64,000 nucleotides of DNA, from NCBI GenBank assembly GCA_963716725.1, contig CAVQUB010000021.1, positions 64,001 to 128,000 on the forward strand, read 5' to 3'. Source of the stretch: an uncultured delta proteobacterium (GTDB lineage: Bacteria > Myxococcota_A > Polyangia > Polyangiales > Polyangiaceae). The notes beneath the pieces are model-generated. The model was not told the DNA's origin, did not search any database, and was given only the letters and a program-made list of their open reading frames with translations. Position 1 is the stretch's first letter. Each line of letters starts with the position of its first letter. This document shows positions 29,580-42,556 of the stretch, piece by piece. The position numbers and the translations under genes were made by a program.

Positions 29580-31919
29580 TCAGCGCTTCTTCGCGGTGAG
29601 CTTGCCTTGCAGCTCGAGCGCGGTCGCTCTGAAGCGCGCAGCCTCCGTCGGGCAGCCCGCGGAGCAGGGATGCTTCTTCTTCGGCCCGCATCCGCGCTTG
29701 GCGGCAGTCGAGAGCCCGATCAGCGCCGATACCGCGCGGGCGTCTCCGGTCTCGAGCGCCCTGCGAAGCAGCGGTACGCGCTCCGCGCAGGTGCGTGCGG
29801 TGCGCAGCTCGAAGGCAACGGCGAGTGCGGGAGAAAACTGCTTGCGCACGGCTGCGTCGTCGAGGCGCTCACGCGCGGCCTGCCGCAACGGGATGCTGGT
29901 CAGCATCAGGTCGTAGAGCATGTCGGGGCCAAGCGACCCCATCCGCGTACCCATCAGGTCGAGTGCGCGAGTGGAGGCCTCCCCGGGCGACAGCGCCGCT
30001 TTGACCACGAGCGCCCCGACGGTCTTGTCCCGGCCACGCTCGGGGTCGATGCGCAATAGCGTGTCGAGCTCACTCATCGCCCGCGGGAGCCCCTCCGCGG
30101 TGGCGCCCAGGGCGATGACCAGTGGCTCGATCACCGCCGGATCGCCGGGAAAACGCTTGGACAGCTCGAGCAGACCCTCGACGCCGCGGGCCGAGGCCGC
30201 GCGCACGTCGTCAGCGGAGGCCTGCGGCCCGGGCGCGATGCCCGGCGAGGGTGACGGAAGCATTGCCAAAGGCGCGGCCGGCGGATCCGGGTCGCCGGCG
30301 GCGGTGGCGGTCGGCACGACGCTCGGCTCGGCCGAGGGCACTGCCGCGGCAAGCGGCGGCGGCGCGACGCCGCGGGCGCGAGCGCGCTGTCCCAAGTGCA
30401 GGCAGGCGATGGACACCGCGATCGCAGCCACCGCGAGCACGGGGCCGGCGAACAGCCTGCCGAAGCGGCCGATGTCGGACTCGAGGATGCGCCGTCGCAG
30501 AAAGATCGTCGTGCCTGCGGTCAACGCGATCAACACGTGGATGGGGGCAAACCCGGGCCAGCCGGAGTAGCCCGGTCCGGAGGCGCCAACATGCTGTGCC
30601 ACGGCGTCGGCGCTGCGCCCGAAAAGCACCACGATCCCGTAGCTGGCAAGCGCTCCGACGATGGGCCCGCGCAGTCGCGGCAAGAACTCCAGCATCTTGA
30701 CGCTGTTGTTCCAGAACCGACGCCGGAACCAGCGCACCAGGAGGGCGCCGGGCGTGAGCAGCGTTCCGCAAACGACCGCAAGCACCAGCCAGAACTCGGA
30801 GGCCGACAGCGCTCTTCGGCCCAGCAGCGCGGGCAGACCCTGGAGCACGGTCATCACGCCGAGCACCGCTGTGAGCAAGGCGAGTGCTGCGACGAACAAG
30901 ACCTGCGGACGCGCCGAGCCGACCTCGTCATCGTCGGTCATCGAGTGGGTGGCCGAGAGCAACTGCCGACGCGGGGGCGGGTCCTGGCGCTCGGAGGCCT
31001 CGAAGTGCGAAAACGCCAGGTCGAGGTCATCGGCGCTCTGGAAGCGCTCGTCGGGGGCCGCCGCCATCGCCCGCTGAACCACCAACTCGAACTCCTCCGG
31101 GATCTCGGGGTTGATCGAGCGCGGCCTCACGGGCTCTCCGCTCATCACCGCGAGCATGGTCTGTTGCACGGACTCGCCCGCGAAGGGCGGGCGTCCCGTC
31201 AGGCAGGTGTAGACGATGGCGCCGACGCCGTAGATGTCAGCCCGCTGGTCCACACGCTCCCCACGCGCCTGCTCCGGCGCCATGAACGACGGTGTCCCCA
31301 TGGCGATACCCGTGCGCGTGACGCTGTTGCCGGTGGCTTCGATGAAGCGCGAGAGTCCAAAATCGAGGACCTTGACGCTGGGGTAGGGCGCCGGGCCGAT
31401 CAGATGCACGTTGTCGGGCTTGAGATCCCGATGGATCACGCCCTGGGCATGGGCCGCCGCCACGCCGCGCGCGACCCTGCTCCCGACGTAGGCCGCCTGA
31501 TCAGGGCTCAGCCAACCGCGCTCTTTGATGTAGTCGCCGAGGTTCTGCCCTTCGAGAAACTCCCACACGATGTAGGGCCGTCCGTCGTCGGCGTATCCAA
31601 AATCGTGCACCGCGACCACGTTGGGATGCGAGATGCTGGCGGCCGCGTCTGCCTCGCGCTGGAATCGTGCGCGAACCTCCGGGCTCCCTGCCATCTCCGC
31701 GCGGATCACCTTCACCGCGAAGCGCTTGCCCGCGATGCGGGTGTGGTGGGCCTCGTAGACCCTGCCCATGCCCCCCTCCCCGACGATGCGCACGAGCCGA
31801 TAGGTGCTCTGGAGGGTCACTCCGACGAGGTCGTCAGCGCCCTCGCCTTCGGGGACGACGCTCACGCCCGCGTGGGGTGACTCGTGGGCCGTGGGCCGAT
31901 CGTGGATGGAGTTGGCCAT
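29580..31919 (-). CDS. serine/threonine protein kinase with multi-TM region
   Basis: VGEGGMGRVY, AVK, HRDLKPDN, DFG, GTPSFMAPE; several TM segments, then a helical C-terminal domain. Confidence 0.93.
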   Translation of the reverse strand: MANSIHDRPTAHESPHAGVSVVPEGEGADDLVGVTLQSTYRLVRIVGEGGMGRVYEAHHTRIAGKRFAVKVIRAEMAGSPEVRARFQREADAAASISHPNVVAVHDFGYADDGRPYIVWEFLEGQNLGDYIKERGWLSPDQAAYVGSRVARGVAAAHAQGVIHRDLKPDNVHLIGPAPYPSVKVLDFGLSRFIEATGNSVTRTGIAMGTPSFMAPEQARGERVDQRADIYGVGAIVYTCLTGRPPFAGESVQQTMLAVMSGEPVRPRSINPEIPEEFELVVQRAMAAAPDERFQSADDLDLAFSHFEASERQDPPPRRQLLSATHSMTDDDEVGSARPQVLFVAALALLTAVLGVMTVLQGLPALLGRRALSASEFWLVLAVVCGTLLTPGALLVRWFRRRFWNNSVKMLEFLPRLRGPIVGALASYGIVVLFGRSADAVAQHVGASGPGYSGWPGFAPIHVLIALTAGTTIFLRRRILESDIGRFGRLFAGPVLAVAAIAVSIACLHLGQRARARGVAPPPLAAAVPSAEPSVVPTATAAGDPDPPAAPLAMLPSPSPGIAPGPQASADDVRAASARGVEGLLELSKRFPGDPAVIEPLVIALGATAEGLPRAMSELDTLLRIDPERGRDKTVGALVVKAALSPGEASTRALDLMGTRMGSLGPDMLYDLMLTSIPLRQAARERLDDAAVRKQFSPALAVAFELRTARTCAERVPLLRRALETGDARAVSALIGLSTAAKRGCGPKKKHPCSAGCPTEAARFRATALELQGKLTAKKR

Positions 31920-31989
31920 TCCCTGAAGCGGCGCCCATCCTAGCGCCCTTCGACCGGCAACTGGCGGCGCGTGACGAAATCCCGAAGGA

Positions 31990-33129
31990 TTAGGGGGCGA
32001 GTACCTGCTCACCCGTCCCGGTTCGCCAGACCGCGAGCCAAGTCGGCCCACCCACCGCCACCAGCGGCTGGGACGGCGACAGGACTACGGAGCGGTTCTT
32101 GGTGATCTCACGCACCCAATCCTCGGTCGCCGTCGCCCCGGCCAGAGGCAACTCCGTCGCCATCCGCTCCTTGCCGTCGGCGTCGAGGACCACGAGCTTC
32201 CACGAGCGCGAGCCCGCATCCGACGGCCCGGTCTCCAAGCGCAAGAGCGCGACCTCCGAGTCGTTCGTTGCGAGATCGAAGGTACCGGGGAGCTCCAGGG
32301 TCTTCTTGACCGCCAGGCTCGCGGCGGCGAGCTGCACCAGCTGGAGCTTCCCGTCGCTCCGGGCCAGCCAGATCTCGTCCAGACGGCGCGTGGTGAGCAC
32401 TCGCCACACCTCGCCTCCCTCCGGCAAGGCCATCGACCAGTGCTTGCCTCCAGGGAAGAACCGCTTGAGCACTGAGCCCGCGGTGTAGACGTACGAACCG
32501 TCTTTGAGCAGCGCGAAGCCCTTTTGATCGGCATCGGCCAGCGGGATCAAGTCGAGCGTGTCGAGCCGCCCCAGCTCCCCGAGTTCGTAGGGATAGAGGC
32601 TGGGGTCGATGCCGTGGTGGACCCAAATCTTCTTCTTGTCGCGCCGGTCGCCCAGCACCAGGGAGTCCGGGAACAGCGGCAGGCGCGAGTAGCGCTCGGC
32701 CTTCTTCGGATCCCGTGGCACGTACCAGACGTCGCTGGAGCCGGCCGCCAGCACGCTGCCATCGACCAGCGCGGCCACCCTTCGAGGCTGCGTGATCGGG
32801 AGACGCGTGATTTCCTTCATGTCCTTCGTGCCGCGGATCACCAGCTCGGAGTCGGTGAGCTGCGCCAGGCGTTCATTGCCGAAGGCGACTCTCTGAGCTG
32901 GCACGCGACGGGGGGCAACGTCGAGCCTCTCGCTGCGCATTTCGGCCACGACTCGCTTCGCCGCCGCGCTGGCGTCGAAGCCGCTGGCGTCCGGCGCCGC
33001 TGCCAGCGCAGCGTCGAGGTCTCTCGCAGGTGGACGCTCGGGCTCGCTGGGTCGGCTCGGCGGCGCAGGGGCGCGCTCTTCGCAGCCCGCGAGGGCCAAG
33101 ACAACAGCAAGAACCGCGAACGCTCGCAT
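31990..33129 (-). CDS. hypothetical lipoprotein (beta-rich)
   Basis: Lipobox LAGC; Pro linker; TATCCT 9 nt upstream of ATG. Confidence 0.75.
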   Translation of the reverse strand: MRAFAVLAVVLALAGCEERAPAPPSRPSEPERPPARDLDAALAAAPDASGFDASAAAKRVVAEMRSERLDVAPRRVPAQRVAFGNERLAQLTDSELVIRGTKDMKEITRLPITQPRRVAALVDGSVLAAGSSDVWYVPRDPKKAERYSRLPLFPDSLVLGDRRDKKKIWVHHGIDPSLYPYELGELGRLDTLDLIPLADADQKGFALLKDGSYVYTAGSVLKRFFPGGKHWSMALPEGGEVWRVLTTRRLDEIWLARSDGKLQLVQLAAASLAVKKTLELPGTFDLATNDSEVALLRLETGPSDAGSRSWKLVVLDADGKERMATELPLAGATATEDWVREITKNRSVVLSPSQPLVAVGGPTWLAVWRTGTGEQVLAP

Positions 33130-33190
33130 GGCGGGCCGAGGATAGATCGGACAGGTGACAGCCGGTGCAACTCCGAGTACTGCCAGCCGA

Positions 33191-33616
33191 ATGTTCGCAC
33201 GTGGGGCCGCCTGTCTGCTGCTGTCGGTCGCGTGCGCGACGGGCTGCGGCTACTTGCGCAAGGTCGGCGACTGCCGACGCCTAGCCACCCACGTGAACCG
33301 CGCGCTCACGGAGATCTCGGCCGCCCGCGACGCCGGGGGAGCCACCGCCGAGACCTACCGTGACCTGTCTGCTCGTTACGAGCGACTGGCCCACGAGGTC
33401 GAGATCGGAGTCAGGACCGACGACGCGCGCGGCAAGACCCTCCGGGAGTACTCGCAGTCGTTTCGAGAGACCAGCCGCGCCCTCACCGCGCTCGCCTTCG
33501 CCCTCGAGCAGAAGGACGAAGCGGGCATCACGCGGCTACAGCGCGAACTCGCAACGCTCGCGCGACGCGACAAGACCCTGGTCTCGCGGCTCGACGCGTT
33601 GTGCGCCGAGCCCTGA
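33191..33616 (+). CDS. hypothetical helical lipoprotein
   Basis: Lipobox ATGC; amphipathic helices bracketed by two Cys. Confidence 0.7.
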   Translation: MFARGAACLLLSVACATGCGYLRKVGDCRRLATHVNRALTEISAARDAGGATAETYRDLSARYERLAHEVEIGVRTDDARGKTLREYSQSFRETSRALTALAFALEQKDEAGITRLQRELATLARRDKTLVSRLDALCAEP

Positions 33617-33623
33617 GCTCCGA

Positions 33624-35501
<1,878 letters not shown>

Positions 35502-35574
35502 GTCAGCAATTGTGCCCTCAGCGCGAGCAGTTCTCAACTGGCGCCCGGCCCCGCCGTGGAACGTCGCGTCAGGC

Positions 35575-36774
35575 TCACTTCTTTTTCTTCTTGGGACGCG
35601 GGACCTTGCGCTCTTTTGGGCCGACGCTCACCTGACCCCACACGTAGCCAACCTGGCGCCGGAACTGGCCGAGCTCGTCGCCGCCGAACAGCCACAGGTC
35701 CCGGGGATCTGTGTCCATGTGCAGCATCGGCGCCCAGTGCCCGCTCGAGACCCAGGTCAGCACCTTTGGCGCGGTCAACGTCGATCGCACCAGCACGATG
35801 CCGCAGGCCGGCTTGACGGCGAGGCCGGAGCATCCGCTGAGCACATGCAGCTCTTCGTTTCCGATCGGGCGCCAGACCCAGTGCCGCTCGAAGCGGAAGC
35901 CCTTCTGCTCACCGATGTCTTGCTTCGCCTCGGCGGGCAGTAGACGCAGCGCCGACGCAGCGAGCTCCTTGTCCGGCGTAGCGCGCGGGTCGAGCTTGTC
36001 CCCGCGCACCACGTTCAGCACGACCTCGGATTCGTTACGGGGCCCTGCGCAACATCGGAAGCCAGTGTTGGCAGCTCGACTCTCGGCGGACCGTCCGATG
36101 GCGTTTGCGCAGCGGCCGACGAGCTCGCCTTGCGGCGCGTTGCCGCCGCGCACCGAGACCAGAGGTCGATTCGAACCACGACCCCAAGGGCTGTCAGTCC
36201 ACTCCCAAACGCCGCCGTGCATGTCCCGCGGTCCGAGCTCACTCTTGCAGCCGACGAGAAACCCCGTCGGTCGCATCGCCGATACGCTTCCGGTTCCGCA
36301 GCGATCGGCGCGGTAAGCGTTGCCGTACTCGTAGGTGTAGTTGTTCGGTCCCTTGCAGGAGCGCTCCCACTCGAGCTCCGTGCAGAGGCGCTTGGCACCC
36401 TCCTCGCACAACGCCGCGGCCTCGGCCTGCGTGACATTGGTGCGGGGGATGGCCCCCTCCTCGTTGGGGAACGGAAATAGGTCCATGTAAAAGCCGTGGA
36501 GGATCACCTGCTCGCCGGGCATTTCCTCGTCCGCGAGCCGCGGATACGCGTCCGGCGGCGTCCCCGCCACCAGCGCGCCGCCGGAGATCCACACCATGCC
36601 CTGCTTCGGCTCCGGGGGCGCGATGGGCGGGCCGATGGACGCGCTGGCGGACGGGCTGGGCTCGGTGGGCTGAGAACGGCGGCCGCGGTCGCAGGCCGCG
36701 CTCACCAGCAGCGAGAGGAGCAAGAGGGTCGTGGGCCAGCCCCAACGTTCGCGGCGCGCGAACGCGAGCCTCAT
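35575..36774 (-). CDS. FGE-sulfatase (SUMF1/EgtB/PvdO-like) domain lipoprotein
   Basis: [34 protein letters not shown]; lipobox SAAC; ATGA overlap. Confidence 0.88.
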   Translation of the reverse strand: MRLAFARRERWGWPTTLLLLSLLVSAACDRGRRSQPTEPSPSASASIGPPIAPPEPKQGMVWISGGALVAGTPPDAYPRLADEEMPGEQVILHGFYMDLFPFPNEEGAIPRTNVTQAEAAALCEEGAKRLCTELEWERSCKGPNNYTYEYGNAYRADRCGTGSVSAMRPTGFLVGCKSELGPRDMHGGVWEWTDSPWGRGSNRPLVSVRGGNAPQGELVGRCANAIGRSAESRAANTGFRCCAGPRNESEVVLNVVRGDKLDPRATPDKELAASALRLLPAEAKQDIGEQKGFRFERHWVWRPIGNEELHVLSGCSGLAVKPACGIVLVRSTLTAPKVLTWVSSGHWAPMLHMDTDPRDLWLFGGDELGQFRRQVGYVWGQVSVGPKERKVPRPKKKKK

Positions 36775-38213
36775 GGCTCGCCGCGCTCGTCCTTCTCGCG
36801 CAATCCGAGCTCTTTCATCTTGAGCTGGAGCCCCTTGCGCGAAATCTTGAGCAGGCGCGCGGCGTGGGTCACGTTGTTGTGAGTCTGTTCGAGCGCCTTG
36901 AGGATCAGCTCGCGCTCGAGCCGGCTCATGGCCGCCTTCACCCGCTCTTTGAGCCCGTCGGCGGGCGAGCCGTCGAGGGCCGGCGGCGGCTCCGAGGGCG
37001 TCGCCGATCGTGAACCCTCTGCCCGCGTCACCTCGGGCGGGAGATCCGCGGCCGAGATCCGATCGCGGTCGCAGAACAGCACCGCGCGCTCCACCAGGTT
37101 CTCGAGCTCCCGAATGTTGCCCGGCCACGGATACGCCATGAGCAGTTGATCGGCTTCCGGGTCGAGGCCCTTGACGCTCTTCTTCAGGCGCGCGTTGAAC
37201 TTCTCGATGAAGTGCCCGACCAGCACCGCGATGTCTTCGCGCCGCTCTCGGAGCGGAGGCAAGCGAATCGAGACGACGTTCAGCCGATAGTAGAGGTCCT
37301 CGCGAAAGGTTCCGTTCGCGATGTCCTTCTTCAAGTCGCTGTTGGTCGCGGCGACCAGTCGTACGTCCACGTGAATGGTCTTGATGCCGCCGACCCGTTC
37401 GAACTCGTGCTCTTGCAGCGCGCGGAGGAGCTTGACCTGCATCTCGATGGGGATGGTGCCAATCTCGTCGAGGAAGAGCGTGCCGCCGTTGGCCAACTCG
37501 AATCGCCCAGGCTTGCTGCCGACCGCCCCGGTGAACGCTCCGCGCTCGTAGCCGAAGAGCTCGCTCTCCATCAGATCGCGGGGGATGGCTGCGCAGTTGA
37601 CCTTGATGAAGGGTTTGTCGCGCCGCGACGAACTCTCGTGCAGCGCACGCGCCACGAGCTCTTTGCCGGTGCCACTCTCGCCCGATACGAGCACCGTGGT
37701 CGGAGTGTCGGCGACACGCTCGAGCACCGCATACAGGTCCAGTACGCTCGCGCTCTGACCGATGATGCCAAAACGAGCGTCTTTCGGCGCCTGCGCCTCG
37801 GCGCTGGGGCTGAACTCGACGGACGACAAGTCGCGGGTCCGAAGCGCCTTCTTGACGATGGCCCGCACCTCGGCCTGATCGAAGGGCTTGGTGATGTAGT
37901 CGAAGGCGCCGGTCTTCAGCGCCTCGACGGCGTTGTCGACGGTCCCGTGCGCCGTGATCATCACCACGGGCAGCTCGCTGTCGATGGCCACCGCCCGCCG
38001 CAGGAGCTCCATGCCGTCCAGTTTGGGCATGCGCAAATCGGTGATCACCAGGTCGATGTGATGGTCCGCGAGGACCAGGAGCGCCTGCTCGCCGTCGTCG
38101 GCGGTGTGCACGTCGTAGCCGTCGCGCGCGAGCTGCGCGGCCAGGACCCGGCGCAGGTTCGGCTCGTCGTCGACCACCAAGATTTGTTTGCGCTCGGGCA
38201 GCATCGAATCCAT
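36771..38213 (-). CDS. sigma54-dependent response regulator (NtrC family: REC-AAA+-Fis HTH)
   Basis: [49 protein letters not shown] and HTH motifs. Confidence 0.95.
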   Translation of the reverse strand: MDSMLPERKQILVVDDEPNLRRVLAAQLARDGYDVHTADDGEQALLVLADHHIDLVITDLRMPKLDGMELLRRAVAIDSELPVVMITAHGTVDNAVEALKTGAFDYITKPFDQAEVRAIVKKALRTRDLSSVEFSPSAEAQAPKDARFGIIGQSASVLDLYAVLERVADTPTTVLVSGESGTGKELVARALHESSSRRDKPFIKVNCAAIPRDLMESELFGYERGAFTGAVGSKPGRFELANGGTLFLDEIGTIPIEMQVKLLRALQEHEFERVGGIKTIHVDVRLVAATNSDLKKDIANGTFREDLYYRLNVVSIRLPPLRERREDIAVLVGHFIEKFNARLKKSVKGLDPEADQLLMAYPWPGNIRELENLVERAVLFCDRDRISAADLPPEVTRAEGSRSATPSEPPPALDGSPADGLKERVKAAMSRLERELILKALEQTHNNVTHAARLLKISRKGLQLKMKELGLREKDERGEP

Positions 38214-38220
38214 CAGACGC

Positions 38221-39561
38221 TCATTCGCATCGGGAGCCGCGCTTCGACCCCGGGAGCAGCTTGGAGCAGTAAAAGAGCGCTGCCTTGCCGTTGCCGGGCG
38301 CTCCGGCCACGAAGATGTCTCGGTCGGGCTGGTGCACGACTGCGATGGACGTGCCCAGTCGGTCGCCGGACTCCGCGCTGGAGATGAAGCGCGCCTCGAG
38401 CAGCCACTCGGGATGCTCGGCGGACACGTCGAAGACGAAGACAGCGCCGGCATCGGATTCGTCGCGCACGGCCATGCCCGGCGCCCCGACCAAGACCTCG
38501 CCGTCGCCGTTCTGATCCAGATCCGCCACGGCCAGCGCCGCGCCGAAGCGTGAGCCACCGCAGCCGTCGAGGTCGGCGGTGGTCCGACACTTCAGCTTGA
38601 CGACCGGCGTCACATTGGTCGCACAGGAGGCGGGCGCACCCTCGAGCAGCGATCCGTCGATGACCCAGACCTCCTTGTCGGTCGCGACCACCAGCTCTTC
38701 GTTTGCGTCGCCCCCGGTGACGAAACCGGCGCTGAGCGTGCGGCCGAACCCGGGCTCCGACGACGCAAAACAGTGCGCGAGCGCGCCGGTGTCGTCGAAA
38801 ACGTGGACCCGGCTCAGGGCGGGTTCCCCCACGGCTATCCAGCGTTTGCCTTTGGTTTCGAGGATCGCGAGGGCGGCCCCGAAGGTGGGACCCGCGGGTC
38901 CCGGGTCGAGGGAGGTCGGGTCTTGGGAGCCTGCGGGGTAGAACCAAGCCGAACCGCTGGAAGTGTCGAGGGACGTCGCTCCGGCGGCGACCACCGGCGT
39001 GAGCGGGACCACGGGCTGAGCGTTGCCTGAACGCTTGGGCCGCTCCGACGTCAGCGCCAGCTGATTGCCCGGCTCGGGCAGGCTCAAACCCGCGGGCGCG
39101 TCGAGCCGGCTGAGGAACGCTGTCTTTCCGGCGTCGCACTGCACTTGGATGCCGGTGCCGTCCCAACCTTCGGCGAAGCACAAGGTGCGGGGCTGGTTGT
39201 CGAGAAACGCCTTGGGCATCGCGGCAGCGTTCTTTGCGAGCGTGCAACCCACATCGCAATGGCCTGCTCGCGCGGCGTCTTTGCTCGCGCCTTGGCCAGT
39301 GCCGATCTCGAACTCCGCGCCACCCGTGTGCCCCGGCGCGGCGCCGACGAACACCCGATAGAAACCGTCCACTTCGGCGCTCGCAACGCTCGAACCGAAG
39401 CCCGATCCGACGCTGTCTGGCTTCTCGAGCAGCAGCACCGGCGCGTCCTGGCTGACATCGTCGAAGCGCGCCCAGGAGCACGACACGACACCGGCGACGA
39501 GGCCTAGCGCCAGCGGAAGGACCAGGGCAGCCCGGCGCGGACTAGCGTTCCAGGTCGGCAT
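38221..39561 (-). CDS. FG-GAP (integrin-alpha-like) repeat lipoprotein
   Basis: Lipobox [42 protein letters not shown] overlap with the upstream PEGA gene. Confidence 0.85.
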   Translation of the reverse strand: MPTWNASPRRAALVLPLALGLVAGVVSCSWARFDDVSQDAPVLLLEKPDSVGSGFGSSVASAEVDGFYRVFVGAAPGHTGGAEFEIGTGQGASKDAARAGHCDVGCTLAKNAAAMPKAFLDNQPRTLCFAEGWDGTGIQVQCDAGKTAFLSRLDAPAGLSLPEPGNQLALTSERPKRSGNAQPVVPLTPVVAAGATSLDTSSGSAWFYPAGSQDPTSLDPGPAGPTFGAALAILETKGKRWIAVGEPALSRVHVFDDTGALAHCFASSEPGFGRTLSAGFVTGGDANEELVVATDKEVWVIDGSLLEGAPASCATNVTPVVKLKCRTTADLDGCGGSRFGAALAVADLDQNGDGEVLVGAPGMAVRDESDAGAVFVFDVSAEHPEWLLEARFISSAESGDRLGTSIAVVHQPDRDIFVAGAPGNGKAALFYCSKLLPGSKRGSRCE

Positions 39562-41228
39562 CAGAAGCGCCCTCCGATCGAGAAGCCCTGGGGGCCGGGA
39601 GACACGCCGATCGAGAAGCGCTGGTCGCGGCGGACCTTCGGCTGCGGCAGCGCGACTCTCGACGGAGTCTGCCGCCAAGCCGTGGGTCGCTGCTTCCTCG
39701 GATCGTTGAACTCGACGGGCTTGTTCTTCACGGCGCGGGATTCAGGCAGCGGATCTTTGATGAAGTTGTAGGTGGCAAAGGCACCCAAGACGCCACCGAT
39801 GGCGAAGCCGGCGTTGGCGCCGATGGCGAAGATCCGCCCGCGCTTGATCCGGGCGTCGTCCTCTTCGAGCACGCCCGCCTTGCGATCGTTCTCGAGGTCG
39901 TCGTGCAGGTTGTTCGACCAGATGCCGAAGAACACCCCGGCGCCGACGAACGCGGTACCGATCACCGCCTGCGTCCAGGCCGCGCCCCGCGGGTACTTCT
40001 TCACCATGTCGGCGTGCAGGGGCATGACCTGCCCGGCGGGCACGGTGACGACCTCCTCATAGGTCTTGTACCCGCTCGAAGCGATGGTCAGCTTGTGCTG
40101 CCCCGCGTCGGCCTTGACGGCCAGGGGCGCCTCGCCGGAACGCCAGACGCCCGCGGGTTTCTCGTCGATGGAGACCTTCAGCTCCGGCGCGTTGCCGTCG
40201 ACCCGCACGTAGCCGTAGCCGACCCGGACGAGCTTGACCTCGAGCTCCTTCTGCTCGCCGCGGCCCAGGTCGAGCTTCTTGACGAAGGTCTCGAAGCCGG
40301 GCGCCTCGACCAGGAGCGAGTGCCGTCCGCTCGCCACCAGCTCGCCATGCGGCGTGGCACCCCATGGAGCACGTGCGCGTCTATCGTCGTCGATGAACGC
40401 GTAGGCGCCGATGACGTTGGCCGATACGCGCAAGAAGCTCATGAACTCTCCCTGGGAGAGGTTCGCGCGGAAGTGGAACACCTTGGCGCGCCGAACCTCG
40501 ACCGCCGCGTCGCAGGCCTTGAAGTCCATGTAGGGATCCACGACGACGTGGTAGCTGCCGACTTCCAAGGTCAGGTTCGCCGGAGACTGCGCGGTGGTCA
40601 CCTGATGCCAGCCCGGATTCTGGCCCCCGAGCTTGAAGGCCGGTGCCGACTCCGTCGTCCGCGCGTACAGCTTGATGGGCGCCCCCGGCGGGTCGGTCTC
40701 GATCAGCGCCAAGGACTTCATGGAGTCCGCGGTGTCCGAATCCAGCGCCGGAGGAGGAAGCGGCGGAGCGGCGTCGTCGGCGCCCGCTTCACCGGCGTCG
40801 TCGAGGCCAGCGTCCGCGTCCGGCGGCGGCGGCGCCATGCCCTTCGAGGCTTCCAAGGCGGCGATCCGGGCGCGCACCTTGGCGGCGTCCGGAGCGTTGG
40901 GATCGGAGGTCAAATAGTCCCGGAACTTCTGGAGCGCCGGGTCGACCTGACCCAATTTTTGGTAACAAACTCCGGCGTTGAACAGGAAGGCTGCATACGG
41001 CTGCTCGGCGTGCCCGGCCTCGAACAGCTTGGCGGCCCCCGCGTAGTCGCCGGACACGAAGAGCGCCTGCCCCTTCTCCATGCGCTCTCGGATCAGCTCC
41101 AGCTTCTTCGCCGAGACGGCCTTTCCGCCCTGAGCTTTCGCTCCGTCAGGCGCCGAGAGCGCAACCACCAAGATCAACAGCAGCCCGCTCAACCACGCCA
41201 GTGTTCTCGATGAGGTAAGCCGTCCCAC
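39561..41228 (-). CDS. TPR + multiple PEGA domain protein with C-terminal hydrophobic hairpin
   Basis: TPR (FLFNAGVCYQKLG), IETDPPGA, three PEGA-like units, two hydrophobic segments, ends GFSIGGRF; start uncertain. Confidence 0.85.
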   Translation of the reverse strand: MGRLTSSRTLAWLSGLLLILVVALSAPDGAKAQGGKAVSAKKLELIRERMEKGQALFVSGDYAGAAKLFEAGHAEQPYAAFLFNAGVCYQKLGQVDPALQKFRDYLTSDPNAPDAAKVRARIAALEASKGMAPPPPDADAGLDDAGEAGADDAAPPLPPPALDSDTADSMKSLALIETDPPGAPIKLYARTTESAPAFKLGGQNPGWHQVTTAQSPANLTLEVGSYHVVVDPYMDFKACDAAVEVRRAKVFHFRANLSQGEFMSFLRVSANVIGAYAFIDDDRRARAPWGATPHGELVASGRHSLLVEAPGFETFVKKLDLGRGEQKELEVKLVRVGYGYVRVDGNAPELKVSIDEKPAGVWRSGEAPLAVKADAGQHKLTIASSGYKTYEEVVTVPAGQVMPLHADMVKKYPRGAAWTQAVIGTAFVGAGVFFGIWSNNLHDDLENDRKAGVLEEDDARIKRGRIFAIGANAGFAIGGVLGAFATYNFIKDPLPESRAVKNKPVEFNDPRKQRPTAWRQTPSRVALPQPKVRRDQRFSIGVSPGPQGFSIGGRF

Positions 41229-41298
41229 AGCTGCGCACTTGACCCCGGATGCGGGCGTGGCACAAGCCCGAGCGGTTTCGGGCTCCAAGGCCTCGGTC

Positions 41299-41351
41299 GT
41301 TGCACGAAGGTTGCACGAAGATTGAGGTCCGGCCCCAGGTGCCATTATGCT
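41299..41351 (+). promoter_or_regulatory. 11-bp direct repeat abutting a sigma70-like promoter
   Basis: GTTGCACGAAG x2 (41299-41320), then TTGAGG-18-TATGCT. Confidence 0.5.
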
Positions 41352-41385
41352 ATCGAGAAGCTCCCCCGGCATGCCCCGAATTGCC

Positions 41386-42240
41386 ATGCGCGCCCCCTGT
41401 CACCTCATCTTGGCTGCTGCCTTCGCGCTCGCGCCCGCCGTGGCCGCGGCCGAGGATGCGCCGAAGCCGTTCCCAGCGTGTGAGAAGACTCCGACCGAGG
41501 GTGACGTGGCCGGCGCCAAGGGCGCCTTCCAGGCAGGGCAGGCCTCCTTCGAAGAGGGCGACTACAACCGCGCGATCTCCTACTGGGACGACGCCTATCG
41601 GCGCGACTGCACGGCGCACGCGTTGCTCCTGAATCTGGCCCGGGCCTTCGAGCTCAACAACCAGAGACGCCACGCTGTCGGCGCGCTCGAGACCTACCTG
41701 GCGCGCCAACCGAGCTCCCCGCAGCGCGATCAGATCGCGCGGCGCATCGAGGGGCTGAACGAGAAGGTCACTCAAGACGCGGGCAAAGCCGGCGTCAGCC
41801 CCGCTCCCGGTCCCGATGGCAATCCGCCGGCCGTCGGCGTCGATCCGGAAACTCCGACCTCGCCGGACACCGGCGGCAGTCGGCCCATCACTCCGCTCAT
41901 CGTCGCGGGCGCTGGCGGCGTGATCACCATCCTGGGCGCTGTGCTCTACCTGGGCGCATCGTCGGACGTGAAAGACATCGAGGACCAGTGCGGCGGTGGC
42001 CGCAACTGCCCGCCCAAGCTTGCGGAAGAGGGAAACGACGCCCGGAGTCGTCAGACGACCTGGGGCATCGTCACCATCGGCGGCCTGGCGGTCACGGCCG
42101 GTGGCCTGGTTTGGTACCTGGTGTCCAAGCCGAGCCAGGCCACGTCGACCGGCGCCCTGAAACAAAAGCGTGTGCTCCCGCGCGTCGATCCGCTGGTCGG
42201 CCGTGGCTTCGCCGGCCTCGGCGTCAGCGGCTCGTTCTGA
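41386..42240 (+). CDS. TPR protein with C-terminal hydrophobic hairpin
   Basis: Signal peptide; AFQAGQASFEEGDY...LLLNLARAFE TPR; two hydrophobic segments; ends GLGVSGSF; alternative start 41371. Confidence 0.82.
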   Translation: MRAPCHLILAAAFALAPAVAAAEDAPKPFPACEKTPTEGDVAGAKGAFQAGQASFEEGDYNRAISYWDDAYRRDCTAHALLLNLARAFELNNQRRHAVGALETYLARQPSSPQRDQIARRIEGLNEKVTQDAGKAGVSPAPGPDGNPPAVGVDPETPTSPDTGGSRPITPLIVAGAGGVITILGAVLYLGASSDVKDIEDQCGGGRNCPPKLAEEGNDARSRQTTWGIVTIGGLAVTAGGLVWYLVSKPSQATSTGALKQKRVLPRVDPLVGRGFAGLGVSGSF

Positions 42241-42510
42241 TCAGCGCGCGGGTTCTTCGGGCTCGGGGTTCGCTTCGTCCCGATCGTCGCTCTCGGTCTC
42301 GGGCTTCGCGCGCTTGCTGGTGAAGACGACGTAGCGTGACTGAGCGTTCGGTCCGCCGTCGAGTCGTGACAGATCAGGCTCGAGCGGAAAGGGCGTCTCG
42401 CTCGACGAGCCGCCGCAGGCCGCGAATGCGGCGACGAGTGCGATGGTCGAGACTGCGCAAGCGAGTCGAAGCACGGCGAGGTCCGTAGCACGGGAGCTGC
42501 GCCCTCGCAT
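42241..42510 (-). CDS. small putative lipoprotein
   Basis: ALVAAFAAC lipobox followed by GGSSSETPFPLEPD. Confidence 0.55.
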   Translation of the reverse strand: MRGRSSRATDLAVLRLACAVSTIALVAAFAACGGSSSETPFPLEPDLSRLDGGPNAQSRYVVFTSKRAKPETESDDRDEANPEPEEPAR

Positions 42511-42556
42511 AGGGTTCGGGTGGCCCGGCGGGACGAGTTGCTCTAGCTTTCGCCCG

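Noticed and set aside
29428..29916. 162-aa plus-strand ORF with ATGA overlap
   Set aside because: Most of it overlaps the convergent kinase; only the first ~30 residues look protein-like. Could be a truncated relic but unsupported.
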